The notes under the pieces were generated by a model. It was not told the origin of the DNA and ran no database searches. It saw only the letters and a list, made by a program, of their open reading frames with translations. Positions 29,123 to 39,526 of a stretch of DNA of 64,000 nt are shown here, one piece after another. Position numbers and translations under genes: made by a program. The DNA is from Clostridiales bacterium (GTDB lineage: Bacteria > Bacillota > Clostridia > Christensenellales > CAG-138): positions 52,678 through 116,677 of the forward strand of contig SFDB01000004.1 in the NCBI GenBank assembly GCA_004558825.1, given 5' to 3'. The first letter of the stretch is position 1. Every line of letters starts with the position of its first letter.

Positions 29123-30370
29123 TCAGTCCTCGCGCTTTGCCCTTAAAAACGCGGGCAAATCAAGGTTGTTCCTTTCCTTCTTGTCGGCCTTCGTGGGAAG
29201 ATCCTGGCGTCTGAAGTAAGGTTCGCTCACGCTTTCCGACTGTCCCGGAGATTGCTGCTGGGAATAGCTTGTCGGATAGCTTCTCTGCTGCGAGCGGGGA
29301 TAATATGGCTCCTGCAGCCTCTGCTTCTTGACGCTTTCGTACGGCACGGACTGCTGCGCCCTGTTGAGCGGCTGCTCCTGACCGCGTTGTTCGTCGTCAT
29401 CAAGCAGGTCGGGGTTGTCAAAACCCGTAGCAATAACTGTTATGCGCAGGCTCTCGCCCATGTCGTCGTCGATTCCCGCGCCCCAAATGACGTTCGCATC
29501 GGGATCGGCCGCTTCAGCTATTATTGACGCCGCCTTATGCACTTCGTTTATGCCCATGTCCGAACCGCTCGTTATGTTTATGAGCAGGCCCTTTGCCCCG
29601 TTTATCGTCGTCTCAAGCAACGGGCTCTCAACGGCCTGGCGCGCCGCCTCTGACGCGCGGTTTTCGCCCGACGCCATGCCGATGCCCATATGCGCCATGC
29701 CCTTTTCCTTCATTATTGTGCGTATATCGGCAAAGTCGAGGTTTACGAGAGCAGGAACCGCTATAAGGTCGCTTATGCCCTGGACGCCCTGACGCAGCAC
29801 ATCGTCGGCTACGCCAAACGCTTCCGTAAGCGTAGCGTTTCCTACAGTGTCGAGCAGCCTGTCATTCGGTATTGTTATGAGCGTATCAACGCTGTCTTTT
29901 ATGTTCTTTATGCCTATCATGGCGTTGCGCATTCTGACCTTTCCCTCAAAGCCGAAAGGCTTCGTCACAACGCCCACGGTAAGTATGCCGAGCTTTTTAG
30001 CGCATTCAGCTATAATCGGCGCTGCGCCCGTTCCCGTACCTCCGCCCATTCCGGCGGTTACAAACACAAGATCCGCCCCTTTTATGGCGTCTGTTATGGC
30101 CTCTATGCTCTCTTCGGCTGCCTTGCGCCCTACCTCGGGATCTGCGCCCGCGCCAAGCCCCTTCGTAAGCTTTTCGCCTATCTGTATTTTTTGGTTCGCT
30201 TTCGAAAGGTACAGCGCCTGCTTGTCCGTATTGACCGCGATATATTCAACGCCGCGCAGGCCGTATTGAATCATGCGGTTAACGGCGTTGTTGCCTGCTC
30301 CGCCAACACCAATTACCTTAAGCTGAGCAAATTGCCCGCTGTCAAAATCAAGTTCCATTCCCATCGGCAT
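29123..30370 (-). CDS. ftsZ: Cell division protein FtsZ
   Basis: Carries GGGTGTG, NTD and the C-terminal peptide DLPAFLR. Confidence 0.97.
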   Translation of the reverse strand: MPMGMELDFDSGQFAQLKVIGVGGAGNNAVNRMIQYGLRGVEYIAVNTDKQALYLSKANQKIQIGEKLTKGLGAGADPEVGRKAAEESIEAITDAIKGADLVFVTAGMGGGTGTGAAPIIAECAKKLGILTVGVVTKPFGFEGKVRMRNAMIGIKNIKDSVDTLITIPNDRLLDTVGNATLTEAFGVADDVLRQGVQGISDLIAVPALVNLDFADIRTIMKEKGMAHMGIGMASGENRASEAARQAVESPLLETTINGAKGLLINITSGSDMGINEVHKAASIIAEAADPDANVIWGAGIDDDMGESLRITVIATGFDNPDLLDDDEQRGQEQPLNRAQQSVPYESVKKQRLQEPYYPRSQQRSYPTSYSQQQSPGQSESVSEPYFRRQDLPTKADKKERNNLDLPAFLRAKRED

Positions 30371-30395
30371 AATAGCACCCTCCGTTTAATAAATA

Positions 30396-31589
30396 CTAAT
30401 CGATGAATATTCCTTTGAGTTTATCAAGGAAGCCGCCCTTAGAGCTCTTGCCCCAGGGTTTTTCGCTCAGCGCTGCGTTCATGGCGTAGCGCATTACGGC
30501 AAACGCGCTTGCATAATTCGGAGAGCTGAGCCTAGGCATCCACGGCATATTTACCCTGACGCGCATGTTGAGCTTTTTCTCCAAAAACTCACAGCTTCCG
30601 CGCATGAGTGCTATCCCTCCGCCCGTTAAATATATCGGCGTCCCTCTGTCCATAACCGCGCCCATGCCTCGCGCCGCCGAAGCGACAAGCTCCGCCAGTT
30701 CATTCGCCCTTGCCTCAATTATTTCTTGTATTGCCGCAAATTCGACCCTGAACACGCCGCCATCGGGGATCCTTATACTCTCTATACTGTCCCTATAGTC
30801 TAAAGAATAAACATATCTGCGCTTTATGCTCTCCGCCGCCGCCATGGGTATGTTCAGTCCGTACGACAAGTCGCTCGCGAAATGCACTCCGCCCACGTTT
30901 ATGGTCTTCATACCGATGAGCGCCATGTTTTTGATATACGATACATCCGTATGCGTATATCCGCAATCGACGAGCAGCGCTCCGCTCCTACTGCATTCCG
31001 GCGGAATAACAAGGCTTCCCTCCGCAAGCGGAACGCTTATGTAAGTATCGGCAGATATTCCGTGTTTTCTCAAAGCTTCCTGCACGATATACCTGAATTT
31101 TCGGCTTACATATACGTTTGATACGACTGCCTCGAGCGTATCGGCTTTCTCGTTGAGCGGCACATCATAAAACACGCGCCCGTTCACATAAAACTCGAGC
31201 GGCGTGCTGTGCATCAAATCAAAATCATCGGACGACTGCGCACCATACGCGCTGTCAATAATTGCGTCTATATCCTTCATGGATATTGTGCCTTGGCGCG
31301 ATGTAACCTGCACCGACTCTTTTGTCAAAACACATTCTGAAAATGGCGCATTGACTCCGACAACAAGCGAGCGGACGCTGCGTTTCGCTTCATTCTCTGC
31401 CTTCTCGACCGCCTCGGCAACGGCGCTTGTAAGACGCTTTTCGTCAACAAAATCGCCGTTCTTATAGCCTTTATAGCCGCATATACCCGCGCCCTGAACA
31501 ATTACCTCGGAATTATCATCGGGGCTGCAAATGAGGCAAAGCACTTTCGAGCTTCCTATATCGAGTACCGCTGTTTGTCTGCTCATCAA
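30396..31589 (-). CDS. ftsA: Cell division protein FtsA
   Basis: 397 aa actin-like ATPase (LDIGSSK ... GGG) with a C-terminal amphipathic tail. Located upstream of ftsZ. Confidence 0.9.
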   Translation of the reverse strand: MMSRQTAVLDIGSSKVLCLICSPDDNSEVIVQGAGICGYKGYKNGDFVDEKRLTSAVAEAVEKAENEAKRSVRSLVVGVNAPFSECVLTKESVQVTSRQGTISMKDIDAIIDSAYGAQSSDDFDLMHSTPLEFYVNGRVFYDVPLNEKADTLEAVVSNVYVSRKFRYIVQEALRKHGISADTYISVPLAEGSLVIPPECSRSGALLVDCGYTHTDVSYIKNMALIGMKTINVGGVHFASDLSYGLNIPMAAAESIKRRYVYSLDYRDSIESIRIPDGGVFRVEFAAIQEIIEARANELAELVASAARGMGAVMDRGTPIYLTGGGIALMRGSCEFLEKKLNMRVRVNMPWMPRLSSPNYASAFAVMRYAMNAALSEKPWGKSSKGGFLDKLKGIFID

Positions 31590-31624
31590 TACTCCCAGTC
31601 TCGCGCAATCACGTCTTATGTAAA

Positions 31625-31653
31625 ACTATACCATAACTGCATGAAATGCGCAA
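31625..31653 (-). promoter_or_regulatory. Promoter upstream of ftsA: TTGCGC-17-(TG)gTATAGT
   Basis: The -35 is at 31648-31653, the -10 is at 31625-31630, and there is an extended TG. Confidence 0.5.
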
Positions 31654-31707
31654 TAAACGTTTGCTTTTTTATGCCGTTAGGCAATTGTTTTTCGGTTTTT
31701 CTTACAG

Positions 31708-32892
31708 CTATGGCGTATTAGTCGCGGACGGCTCAATGCTTTGCTCCGGATCCGGAGTCATATCGGGACTAATCGTGGCGTTGGGGTCCGGCGTAAGGTC
31801 GGGTTCGAACGTTAATCCCGGCGTCGACTCCGGCGAATAGACCGCCCTTCCGTCCCCGATCAGCATAAGAGTGCCGTCCGTAAGCTCCATCTCTTCGAGT
31901 TTCGGCATGACAAGTTTCAGCTTTGACAGTTTTTCATCAAGCTTCTCGGGCTGCCCTATCTGTATCTTAACGCCGCTCTTCGATATCATGTACACCGAAA
32001 GCGGATTCGAAACGTCAAGGCTGTCTATATGATCGATTATCTCATATTCGCAAAGCTTTTGAAGTATCGCTATGAGCGTTGACGCATGAAAATCCGACTC
32101 CTCGCTCAAAAGCTGGTTTACATGAAAGCCTATCGACATTACGCCGTACACCTTGAGAAGCCCCTGCGCATACGGCTTATCCTTGATTGCAAGCACATAG
32201 CCCTCGTCGTCTATCACGACGGCCTCGCTAATGCCCATTATCGCGGCTTTTTCAATACGCTCGCGCAAATTGATGCGTATCGTCGCAGGATACAGTTTGT
32301 CCACCGATAAAACGGCGAAATACGGGTCCTCGTCTATCGCGCGCGCCGCCTTTCGTGTGCTCACGAGCAGCATCTGGTCGCCCACAGATATGTCTATCAG
32401 CGATAGTACGGACTCTTCGCTCCGTGTCTCAAGACCAATTATCTGTATCGCCTCCACGCGCAGCTTTATGAGCGCGAAGCATATAACTACCGCAACAAGC
32501 GCTGCGAGTATTATAACTCCCTTTGCGGCAGCGCTGAGCTTAGGTCCGCTGTTTTTCGTTTCTTTATTATCGGGGCCAAGCACCTTAAAATGCTCTTTGC
32601 CGCGCTCTCGCGCGGCGCCTTCGCTTTTTGTGCACGGCCTTTCGCGCCTCTTATCGTCTTCGCCGCCGTTTGCCGGGCGCGCTCTGCCGCGCTGCGTATT
32701 TCCGCCGCGCTCCGTGCGCTTTTCTTCCCATAAATCGGCTTTTTCGACATACTCGATACGCCTCCGCGCTTTCACCTGCCCGAATTCATGCTGTCCCTTT
32801 TCGGCAGGGCGCGCCGCGTCAGAGTTTAAGCCTTCAAAAAAGCTCTCGAGTTCCCTTTCGTCTTTACTTTTCCTTCGTTTGCGCCGCTCCAT
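31708..32892 (-). CDS. ftsQ: FtsQ/DivIB-type division protein with long charged N-terminal extension and Pro/Thr/Asp-rich tail
   Basis: A single TM helix is followed by a POTRA-like region (IQIIGLE...S...L.....G) and an FtsQ-like domain. Located upstream of ftsA. Confidence 0.75.
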   Translation of the reverse strand: MERRKRRKSKDERELESFFEGLNSDAARPAEKGQHEFGQVKARRRIEYVEKADLWEEKRTERGGNTQRGRARPANGGEDDKRRERPCTKSEGAARERGKEHFKVLGPDNKETKNSGPKLSAAAKGVIILAALVAVVICFALIKLRVEAIQIIGLETRSEESVLSLIDISVGDQMLLVSTRKAARAIDEDPYFAVLSVDKLYPATIRINLRERIEKAAIMGISEAVVIDDEGYVLAIKDKPYAQGLLKVYGVMSIGFHVNQLLSEESDFHASTLIAILQKLCEYEIIDHIDSLDVSNPLSVYMISKSGVKIQIGQPEKLDEKLSKLKLVMPKLEEMELTDGTLMLIGDGRAVYSPESTPGLTFEPDLTPDPNATISPDMTPDPEQSIEPSATNTP

Positions 32893-32904
32893 TCTTTCCC
32901 TGCT

Positions 32905-34161
32905 TCACGCCTCAAATTTATCTATGTCGGCTCCGAGCGCTCCGAGCATATTTTCGAACCGTTCGTAACCCCTGTCGACATATTCGCTTCCGTATACAAC
33001 GCTCCTGCCGTCGGCGCAAAGCCCCGCTATTACCAGGGCCGCCCCTCCGCGCAGGTCATGAGCAAACATCGTCGCGCCCATAAGCCGCTCGACTCCGCTT
33101 ATCACAGCCGTTCTGTCCTTGAGCGTTATATCCGCGCCCATGCGCTTAAGCTCCGCGGCGTGCTTAAACCTGTTGTCAAACACATTTTCGACAATGACGC
33201 TCGTGCCGTCGGCGATGCTGCAAAGCGCGAACATCTGAGCCTGCATATCAGTCGGAAAACCCGGGTACGGCAGCGTTTCCAAAAGCTTAATGCGCCTTAG
33301 ACGCTCAGGCGCCTTTAAGCGCACCGTGTCGCGCCGAGCAGATATGTCGCAGCCCATTTCGTTAAGTTTCGACAGGGTAAGGCTTATATGCCCTGTGTCG
33401 ACGTTCGTTACAAGCACGTCGCCCCGCGTCGCCGCGGCTGCGCATAGCAGCGTCCCCGCGACTATCCTGTCAGGTATGACCGTATGCTCCGCCCTTCGCG
33501 TCACACCGCCGCCCTTTATGCATACCGTCGACGTCCCCGCGCCCGATACCGAAAATCCGAGCTCATTCAAAAACCTCTCGAGGTCCTCTATCTCAGGTTC
33601 ACGAGCCGCGTTTTGTATCACGCTGTCGCCGCGCGCAGCAACGGCCGCCATCATTATATTCTCCGTCGCTCCGACGCTCGGATAGTCAAGATGTATTGAC
33701 GCGCCGCGCATGTCATCGCCCCAGCAGTCGATGTAGCCGTACTCCTCTTTTATCCTGACATTGAGCTTTTTTAGCCCGTCCAGATGAAGATCGATAGGTC
33801 TGTTGCCTATTTCACAACCGCCCGGGTAGGTGAACCTCGCACGCTTGAATCTGCCGAGCACCGACCCGAGCATGAATATCGACGACCTTATCTTTTTCGA
33901 TATATTCGGCGGCATCGTATATGCGTTCGCGTTTGAAGCGTCGATAACGAGCGTATTGCCCTCTCTTTTTACGGAGCATCCGAGCGTTCTCAATATCTCT
34001 ATCATATTCTCGGCGTCCGAAATATCGGGACAATCGTGGATTACGATCTCTTTATCGTTCAGGATACTCGCCGCCAATATCGGAAGCAATGCGTTTTTTG
34101 CGCCGCTAACGGCTATCTCACCCGAAAGACTTCTTCCGCCGGTAATCACATAACCGCCCAT
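32905..34161 (-). CDS. murA: UDP-N-acetylglucosamine 1-carboxyvinyltransferase
   Basis: The ATG at 34161 lies after GGAGG. MurA motifs are present, including the active-site Cys in PGGCEIG. Confidence 0.93.
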   Translation of the reverse strand: MGGYVITGGRSLSGEIAVSGAKNALLPILAASILNDKEIVIHDCPDISDAENMIEILRTLGCSVKREGNTLVIDASNANAYTMPPNISKKIRSSIFMLGSVLGRFKRARFTYPGGCEIGNRPIDLHLDGLKKLNVRIKEEYGYIDCWGDDMRGASIHLDYPSVGATENIMMAAVAARGDSVIQNAAREPEIEDLERFLNELGFSVSGAGTSTVCIKGGGVTRRAEHTVIPDRIVAGTLLCAAAATRGDVLVTNVDTGHISLTLSKLNEMGCDISARRDTVRLKAPERLRRIKLLETLPYPGFPTDMQAQMFALCSIADGTSVIVENVFDNRFKHAAELKRMGADITLKDRTAVISGVERLMGATMFAHDLRGGAALVIAGLCADGRSVVYGSEYVDRGYERFENMLGALGADIDKFEA

Positions 34162-34250
34162 CGCTTTCCTCCCCGTTGCCAATACACATATATATGGTAT
34201 GCACTCCGTGTTCCGCGTGTTCACGGTTCATGTAATTTTTTGCCGTCAGC

Positions 34251-35438
34251 TTATTCTCCGGGAGAACCGATTCTTCGCGAATCATCCGTCCTCTCGTTCG
34301 TCGCTCGCTTTGCCGTATTCGTCGTATGCCTCGATACGTTAAGCAGTATGCCTGTAGCAGCCATGAAGAACACCAGCGATGTTCCGCCCGCACTGATAAA
34401 AGGCAGCGTTTGCCCCGTCGTAGGCGCCCAGCCTATGGTGACGAGAATATGGACAATAACCTGTATCGCGATAACCGACGTGATTCCCGCCGCAAGCATT
34501 GAACCAAACCGGTCGCGGCACTTAAGCGCAACGAGCACGCCGCGATATATAAGAAATCCGTAGACGCCTATGAGTATCACACAGCCTACAAGCCCAAGCT
34601 CCTCCGCAATGACTGCGAATATAAAGTCGCTCTCGCCGTATGTTAGAAACAAAAGCTTTTGACTGCTGAAATTCAGTCCCTTACCGAATATTCCGCCCGA
34701 TCCTATCGCTAAAAGCGACTGTATGAGCTGATAACCCGTATCAGAGGGATCCTTCCACGGGTTTGAAAAGGATATTACGCGCTCTAACCTGTATGACTCG
34801 GCAAATACCGCAAGCAGCATCACCGCAAGCGCCATACCGCCGAGGACAAGCATATGTTTAACCGGTATTTCGCCAATAAACAGCATGACTACATATATTG
34901 CCACGACTATGACGAGCATCGAAAGATTTCTTTGAAACAGTATTCCCAGCGCAAGCGGTGCAAGTATGAGCGCAGAAAGCCTTATTATTCCGTATTTCGG
35001 CACCTTAATTTTTTCGCGATTGTTCGCTATGTATGCCGACATGGCTATAACAACGGCGAATTTCGCAAGCTCCGCAGGCTGCACCGTAGCAAAGCCAAAA
35101 TCGAGCCATCGTTTGGCGCCGTTGACCTCTTTGCCTATAATCGGCACTAAAAATACGCCTATGAGTGTTAGCAAAAACGCCGCAGCATATATAGTCCTGT
35201 TTTTATATATGGTGTACGGCACACGCGATATCACTATCATAGCGGCAATGCCGACGATGAAATACACCGCTTGCTTCTTTACATAATAAAAGCCGTCATG
35301 GCTCTCAAGCTGCCTATATGCATAGTAATAACTCGACGAAAGCACCATGACAAGCCCAAAGACGCAAAGAAGGATTACAACGGCAAATATGGTGAAGTCC
35401 ATCCTGCCCTGTTTAGCCGTATTCGCAATCTTCTTCAT
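34251..35438 (-). CDS. ftsW: FtsW/RodA/SpoVE family (SEDS) protein
   Basis: 395 aa with about 10 TM helices and SEDS motifs. Occupies the dcw position after murD. Confidence 0.9.
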   Translation of the reverse strand: MKKIANTAKQGRMDFTIFAVVILLCVFGLVMVLSSSYYYAYRQLESHDGFYYVKKQAVYFIVGIAAMIVISRVPYTIYKNRTIYAAAFLLTLIGVFLVPIIGKEVNGAKRWLDFGFATVQPAELAKFAVVIAMSAYIANNREKIKVPKYGIIRLSALILAPLALGILFQRNLSMLVIVVAIYVVMLFIGEIPVKHMLVLGGMALAVMLLAVFAESYRLERVISFSNPWKDPSDTGYQLIQSLLAIGSGGIFGKGLNFSSQKLLFLTYGESDFIFAVIAEELGLVGCVILIGVYGFLIYRGVLVALKCRDRFGSMLAAGITSVIAIQVIVHILVTIGWAPTTGQTLPFISAGGTSLVFFMAATGILLNVSRHTTNTAKRATNERTDDSRRIGSPGE

Positions 35439-35455
35439 CGCGTCCTCCCATTAGG

Positions 35456-36817
35456 TCAGAGTTTTTTTACTATCTCCTTAAACCTTCTGCCGCGCTCCTC
35501 ATAGTCGCTGAACATGCCCCAGCTCGCAGCCGCAGGCGAAAGAAGCACTGCGTATCCGGGTTTGGCCATTTGCGTGGCTTCCTCCACCATTTCGTCAAAC
35601 GTCCCGCGGCAGACCTTTATATTCTTAAAGCCCGTTGCTTCGGCCGCCTCCAATATCTCGGGCACTGTAATTCCGGACGCAACGACGCCCTTTACCGTGT
35701 CGCCGAATTCCCTGAAAAGCGGCTTAAAATCGCTGCGCTTGTCATAATCCCCCACACCGAGCAGCAGTATGGTCGGACGTGTCATTGCAAGCACCGCCTT
35801 TATCGTCGAGTCGGGGTTGGTTCCCTTTGAGTCATTTATGTACACTATGCCGTTCTTTTCGCGCACAAGCTCAATTCTGTGCTCAACGCCCTTGAACTCT
35901 CTGAGCGTTTCACGCACCGTCTGCGCATCAATGCCCATACAGAGCGCAAGGCATGAGGCGCACATGGCGTTCTCAATATTATGGCGGCCCGGTATCTTCA
36001 GCTCCCGCACATCGATTATCGTTTCATCGACGCCGTCCTTTCGCCAGACCATTTCATTTCCGCGCATGAACATTCCTTCGCCAAGCTCTGAGTTTTGCGA
36101 AAACCATATCACTTTCGCCTTGATTGACGCGGCGAGCCCCGCAACCGTCTCGTCGTCATGGTTAAGCACTGCGAAATCGTCCGCCGTCTGGTTCTCGAAC
36201 ATGCGCGCTTTTGCGGCGATATATGCTTCCATCGAGCCGAAACGGTTAAGGTGATCTTCCGTTATGTTCAGCAGTCCTGCCGCATTAGGCCGAAAATCCT
36301 TTATGCTCTCGAGCTGAAGGGACGCCGTCTCCGCGACAACGTAATCGCCCGCCTTGACGCTGTCGGCATACTCCGTTATCGGCACGCCGATATTGCCGAG
36401 CACAAACGTGTTTTTGCCCGCGCGTTTGAATATCTCGCCCGTCAGTGTCGTTGTTGTCGTTTTCCCGTTCGTACCGCCTATGCAGACGAACTTTGCGCCT
36501 CTGTCGCAATAGCGGTAGCCAAGCTCAATTTCGCCTATCACTTCTTTGCCCTTTGCGAGAGCATCCTGTGCAAACGGCCTGAACATGGGTACCGATGGGC
36601 TCAGCACAACCATATCGCACATGTCAACGAGCGCTTCTGCGGGCGCTCCAAGCGCGTCCTTATACTCTATGCCCGCAAGCTGCTCTTTAAGACCGGGTAT
36701 ATCGCGTTTTACATCGTTGATTATGAGTTTATAGCCCTTCTTGGCGAGCAGCTTCGCGCTCGAAACGCCGCTTTTCGCCATTCCGACTATCAGGACCGTT
36801 TTTTTTCCTTCTGCCAT
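35456..36817 (-). CDS. murD: UDP-N-acetylmuramoylalanine--D-glutamate ligase
   Basis: The N-terminal GMAKSG Rossmann motif and the Mur ligase P-loop GTNGKTT. Confidence 0.93.
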   Translation of the reverse strand: MAEGKKTVLIVGMAKSGVSSAKLLAKKGYKLIINDVKRDIPGLKEQLAGIEYKDALGAPAEALVDMCDMVVLSPSVPMFRPFAQDALAKGKEVIGEIELGYRYCDRGAKFVCIGGTNGKTTTTTLTGEIFKRAGKNTFVLGNIGVPITEYADSVKAGDYVVAETASLQLESIKDFRPNAAGLLNITEDHLNRFGSMEAYIAAKARMFENQTADDFAVLNHDDETVAGLAASIKAKVIWFSQNSELGEGMFMRGNEMVWRKDGVDETIIDVRELKIPGRHNIENAMCASCLALCMGIDAQTVRETLREFKGVEHRIELVREKNGIVYINDSKGTNPDSTIKAVLAMTRPTILLLGVGDYDKRSDFKPLFREFGDTVKGVVASGITVPEILEAAEATGFKNIKVCRGTFDEMVEEATQMAKPGYAVLLSPAAASWGMFSDYEERGRRFKEIVKKL

Positions 36818-37038
36818 CGTTCCTCCGTTTCACGGCCGCCTTTACGAGGCCGCATCTATATACAAAGAATATTTTGAAAAAAAGCCGTCCGACGGTCAAG
36901 GTGTTTGAGGCAACAGAGCCGCTGCCCTCCCTCAAACATCTTGCGAAGAAGCCTGAAAGGCCTCCTGCCCTGCCCCGCCGTGCCAAGCGCCATATTTTTC
37001 ACGGCGGCGGGCTTTAATCGGACGGCGAAATAACTCGA

Positions 37039-38040
37039 TTAAACGTATGCAAGCAGGCACACAAGACACAGTATAGCCGTCACTATCATGTATCCCGCCA
37101 CTATCTTCGTTTCGCTGATATTCATCAGCTCAAAATGATGATGCAGCGGCGCCATCTTGAATATGCGCTTTTTGCGCAGCTTGTAGGAGCCCACCTGAAG
37201 TATTACCGATATCGCCGTCGCAACATAGCATCCGCCCATTATCGGCAAAAGGAGCACCGCGCGGCTGTAAAGCGCCATCATTGCAACAGCTCCGCCGAGC
37301 GCAAGCGAACCGGTATCGCCCATGAACACCTTCGCGGGATATGCGTTGTATCTGAGGAAGCCCATGCATCCTCCGACCACGGCGCCGGCAAAAGCCGTCA
37401 TGGCCGAGTAGTCTGCGCTTTCCATGACAGAGCCTGCCGCAGCGCTCGTCTCCGAAAGATAAACGAATATTATGCCCATCGCAAAGGCGTATATGAGCGT
37501 AACGCCCGATGTAAGACCGTCCACGCCATCGATAAGATTTACGCTGTTGACAGTCCCGACTATAAGGAATATCGCAAACGGTATGTAGAACATTCCCAAA
37601 TCAAACTCGGCGTTAAAAAACGGGAGCTCTATCACCGTGCCGATGTTTTCCTTGCAATAGATGGCAATCACAAGCGCTATCGCAAACTGCGCGATTATTT
37701 TCTGATAAGCGCGAAGACCCTTCGTGTTTTTGTACTTTATCTTTATGAAGTCGTCAAGGAAGCCCACAAGGCCGTACGATATCGTCACCAGAAGCGCAGG
37801 CAGGGAATAGTGGAGCGCGTCCATAGAGAATGGAAGCGTACCTGCAACAATGCCGATGATTATCATTATGCCGCCCATGGTAAGAGTGCCCGCCTTCTTG
37901 AGGTGTGACTGCGGCCCCTCTTCGCGCTCTGATTGACCAAACTTGAGCCTCCTGAGCAGCGGGAGCAGCAGTCTGCCCGCCACCATGCAAACGACAGCCG
38001 CCACAAGTATGGAATAAATCAGCTTTTCGAGCTTTTCCAT
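37039..38040 (-). CDS. mraY: Phospho-N-acetylmuramoyl-pentapeptide transferase
   Basis: 333 aa polytopic protein with the motifs NLIDGVDGL and HHHFE. Confidence 0.95.
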   Translation of the reverse strand: MEKLEKLIYSILVAAVVCMVAGRLLLPLLRRLKFGQSEREEGPQSHLKKAGTLTMGGIMIIIGIVAGTLPFSMDALHYSLPALLVTISYGLVGFLDDFIKIKYKNTKGLRAYQKIIAQFAIALVIAIYCKENIGTVIELPFFNAEFDLGMFYIPFAIFLIVGTVNSVNLIDGVDGLTSGVTLIYAFAMGIIFVYLSETSAAAGSVMESADYSAMTAFAGAVVGGCMGFLRYNAYPAKVFMGDTGSLALGGAVAMMALYSRAVLLLPIMGGCYVATAISVILQVGSYKLRKKRIFKMAPLHHHFELMNISETKIVAGYMIVTAILCLVCLLAYV

Positions 38041-38064
38041 ATTATCCTCCGTTTTCGCACGCCA

Positions 38065-39507
38065 TCAAGCGAATATCTCGCTCAAAAGCTCCGCTACTAC
38101 CTCTTTTTCGTCAAAATGATGCTTAACGCCGTTGATTTCCTGGTAATTCTCGTGCCCCTTGCCCGCAAGGACTATACAGTCGTTGCTCTTGGCGTGTTCA
38201 AGCGCATAGCGTATGGCCTCGCGCCTGTTCTCTATGATGACATACGGGCAGCCCGAGCGCTTTACGCCCTCGAGCACATTCTCAATTATGGCCATAGGAT
38301 CCTCAGTGCGCGGGTTATCCGAACTGACTATCAGAAAATCTGAGAATCGTCCTGCTATCTCGCCCATTATCGGACGCTTTGCCTTGTCGCGGTCGCCTCC
38401 GCAGCCAAACAACGTAACTATGCGTCCCTTCGCAAACGACTGAACGGCGGTCAGCACATTTTGCACGGCATCCGGTGTGTGCGCAAAATCGAGATATACG
38501 CTGAAGTCGTGCCCGTTCACGGGCAGCGGCTCGAGCCTTCCCTCGACGCGATGCATGTTCGCAAGTCCGTTAACCGTCGCCTCCATGGAGAAGCCGAGCG
38601 TCTGCGCCGCACATATGGAACCGATGGCATTGAAAACCGTAAAGAGTCCGGGTATCGGCACATAAACGCGGTGCGCCCACTTAGGCGTCTTTACGAAAAA
38701 GCTCACGCTGTCCGTTGTAAATTCTATCTCCGACGCCATCACGTCCGCCTCTTTGCCTATCGCAAATGTCGATACGCTGCACTGCGTTCCCTCCACGATA
38801 CGCTCTCCGTACATGTCGTCGACGTTTATAACAGCATTTCGCGTATGATAGAACAGCTTCTTTTTTGCCGCGAAATAATTCTCTATCGTCTTATGATAGT
38901 CAAGATGATCCTGCGTGAGGTTCGTGAATACCGATGTATCAAACTCAAGGCCGTAGACTCGGCGCTGATCAAGCGAGTGCGATGATACTTCCATTATAGC
39001 GAGCGTTACGCCCTCATCGCACATCATGCGCAGCAGCTTAAAGAGGTCTACGCTCTCGGGCGTCGTTCTGTCGGCATGTACGCTTCTGTCGCCTATCATG
39101 TTATGAATAGTGCCTATTATGCCCGTCTTTATGCCGCTTTCCTCAGCAATCGCCTTAATCATATACGTCGTGCTCGTCTTGCCGTTCGTCCCCGTTACGC
39201 CGACGAGCTTCAGCTCCCGCTCAGGATGCCCGTAGTAATTCGCGGCCATCATCGCCATAGCCTTGCGCGTGTCGCTGACAACTATCTGCGTTATTTCAAT
39301 CGGAAGCCTTTTCTCAACGAGCAGCGCTGCCGCGCCGCGTTCGACCGCAGACTGCGCATAAACGTGACCGTCCCTGAATGTGCCTACAACGCACGAGAAC
39401 AGGTCGCCTTTTTCAACCTTTCTTGAGTCATATTCAATTTTGTTGATTTCGACATCTTTGCCAAACAGCTCATGCTCGATGCCTTTTGTAAGTTCGCTTA
39501 GCAGCAT
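38065..39507 (-). CDS. murE: UDP-N-acetylmuramoyl-L-alanyl-D-glutamate--2,6-diaminopimelate ligase
   Basis: The ATG at 39507 lies 6 nt after GGAGG. The P-loop GTNGKTS is present. The DNPR motif indicates meso-DAP specificity. Confidence 0.93.
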   Translation of the reverse strand: MLLSELTKGIEHELFGKDVEINKIEYDSRKVEKGDLFSCVVGTFRDGHVYAQSAVERGAAALLVEKRLPIEITQIVVSDTRKAMAMMAANYYGHPERELKLVGVTGTNGKTSTTYMIKAIAEESGIKTGIIGTIHNMIGDRSVHADRTTPESVDLFKLLRMMCDEGVTLAIMEVSSHSLDQRRVYGLEFDTSVFTNLTQDHLDYHKTIENYFAAKKKLFYHTRNAVINVDDMYGERIVEGTQCSVSTFAIGKEADVMASEIEFTTDSVSFFVKTPKWAHRVYVPIPGLFTVFNAIGSICAAQTLGFSMEATVNGLANMHRVEGRLEPLPVNGHDFSVYLDFAHTPDAVQNVLTAVQSFAKGRIVTLFGCGGDRDKAKRPIMGEIAGRFSDFLIVSSDNPRTEDPMAIIENVLEGVKRSGCPYVIIENRREAIRYALEHAKSNDCIVLAGKGHENYQEINGVKHHFDEKEVVAELLSEIFA

Positions 39508-39526
39508 GCCATACCTCCGCGGCATT

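Noticed and set aside
32231-32968. 245-aa Ser-rich plus-strand ORF
   Set aside because: It is a shadow frame of the charged, low-complexity ftsQ N-terminal region.
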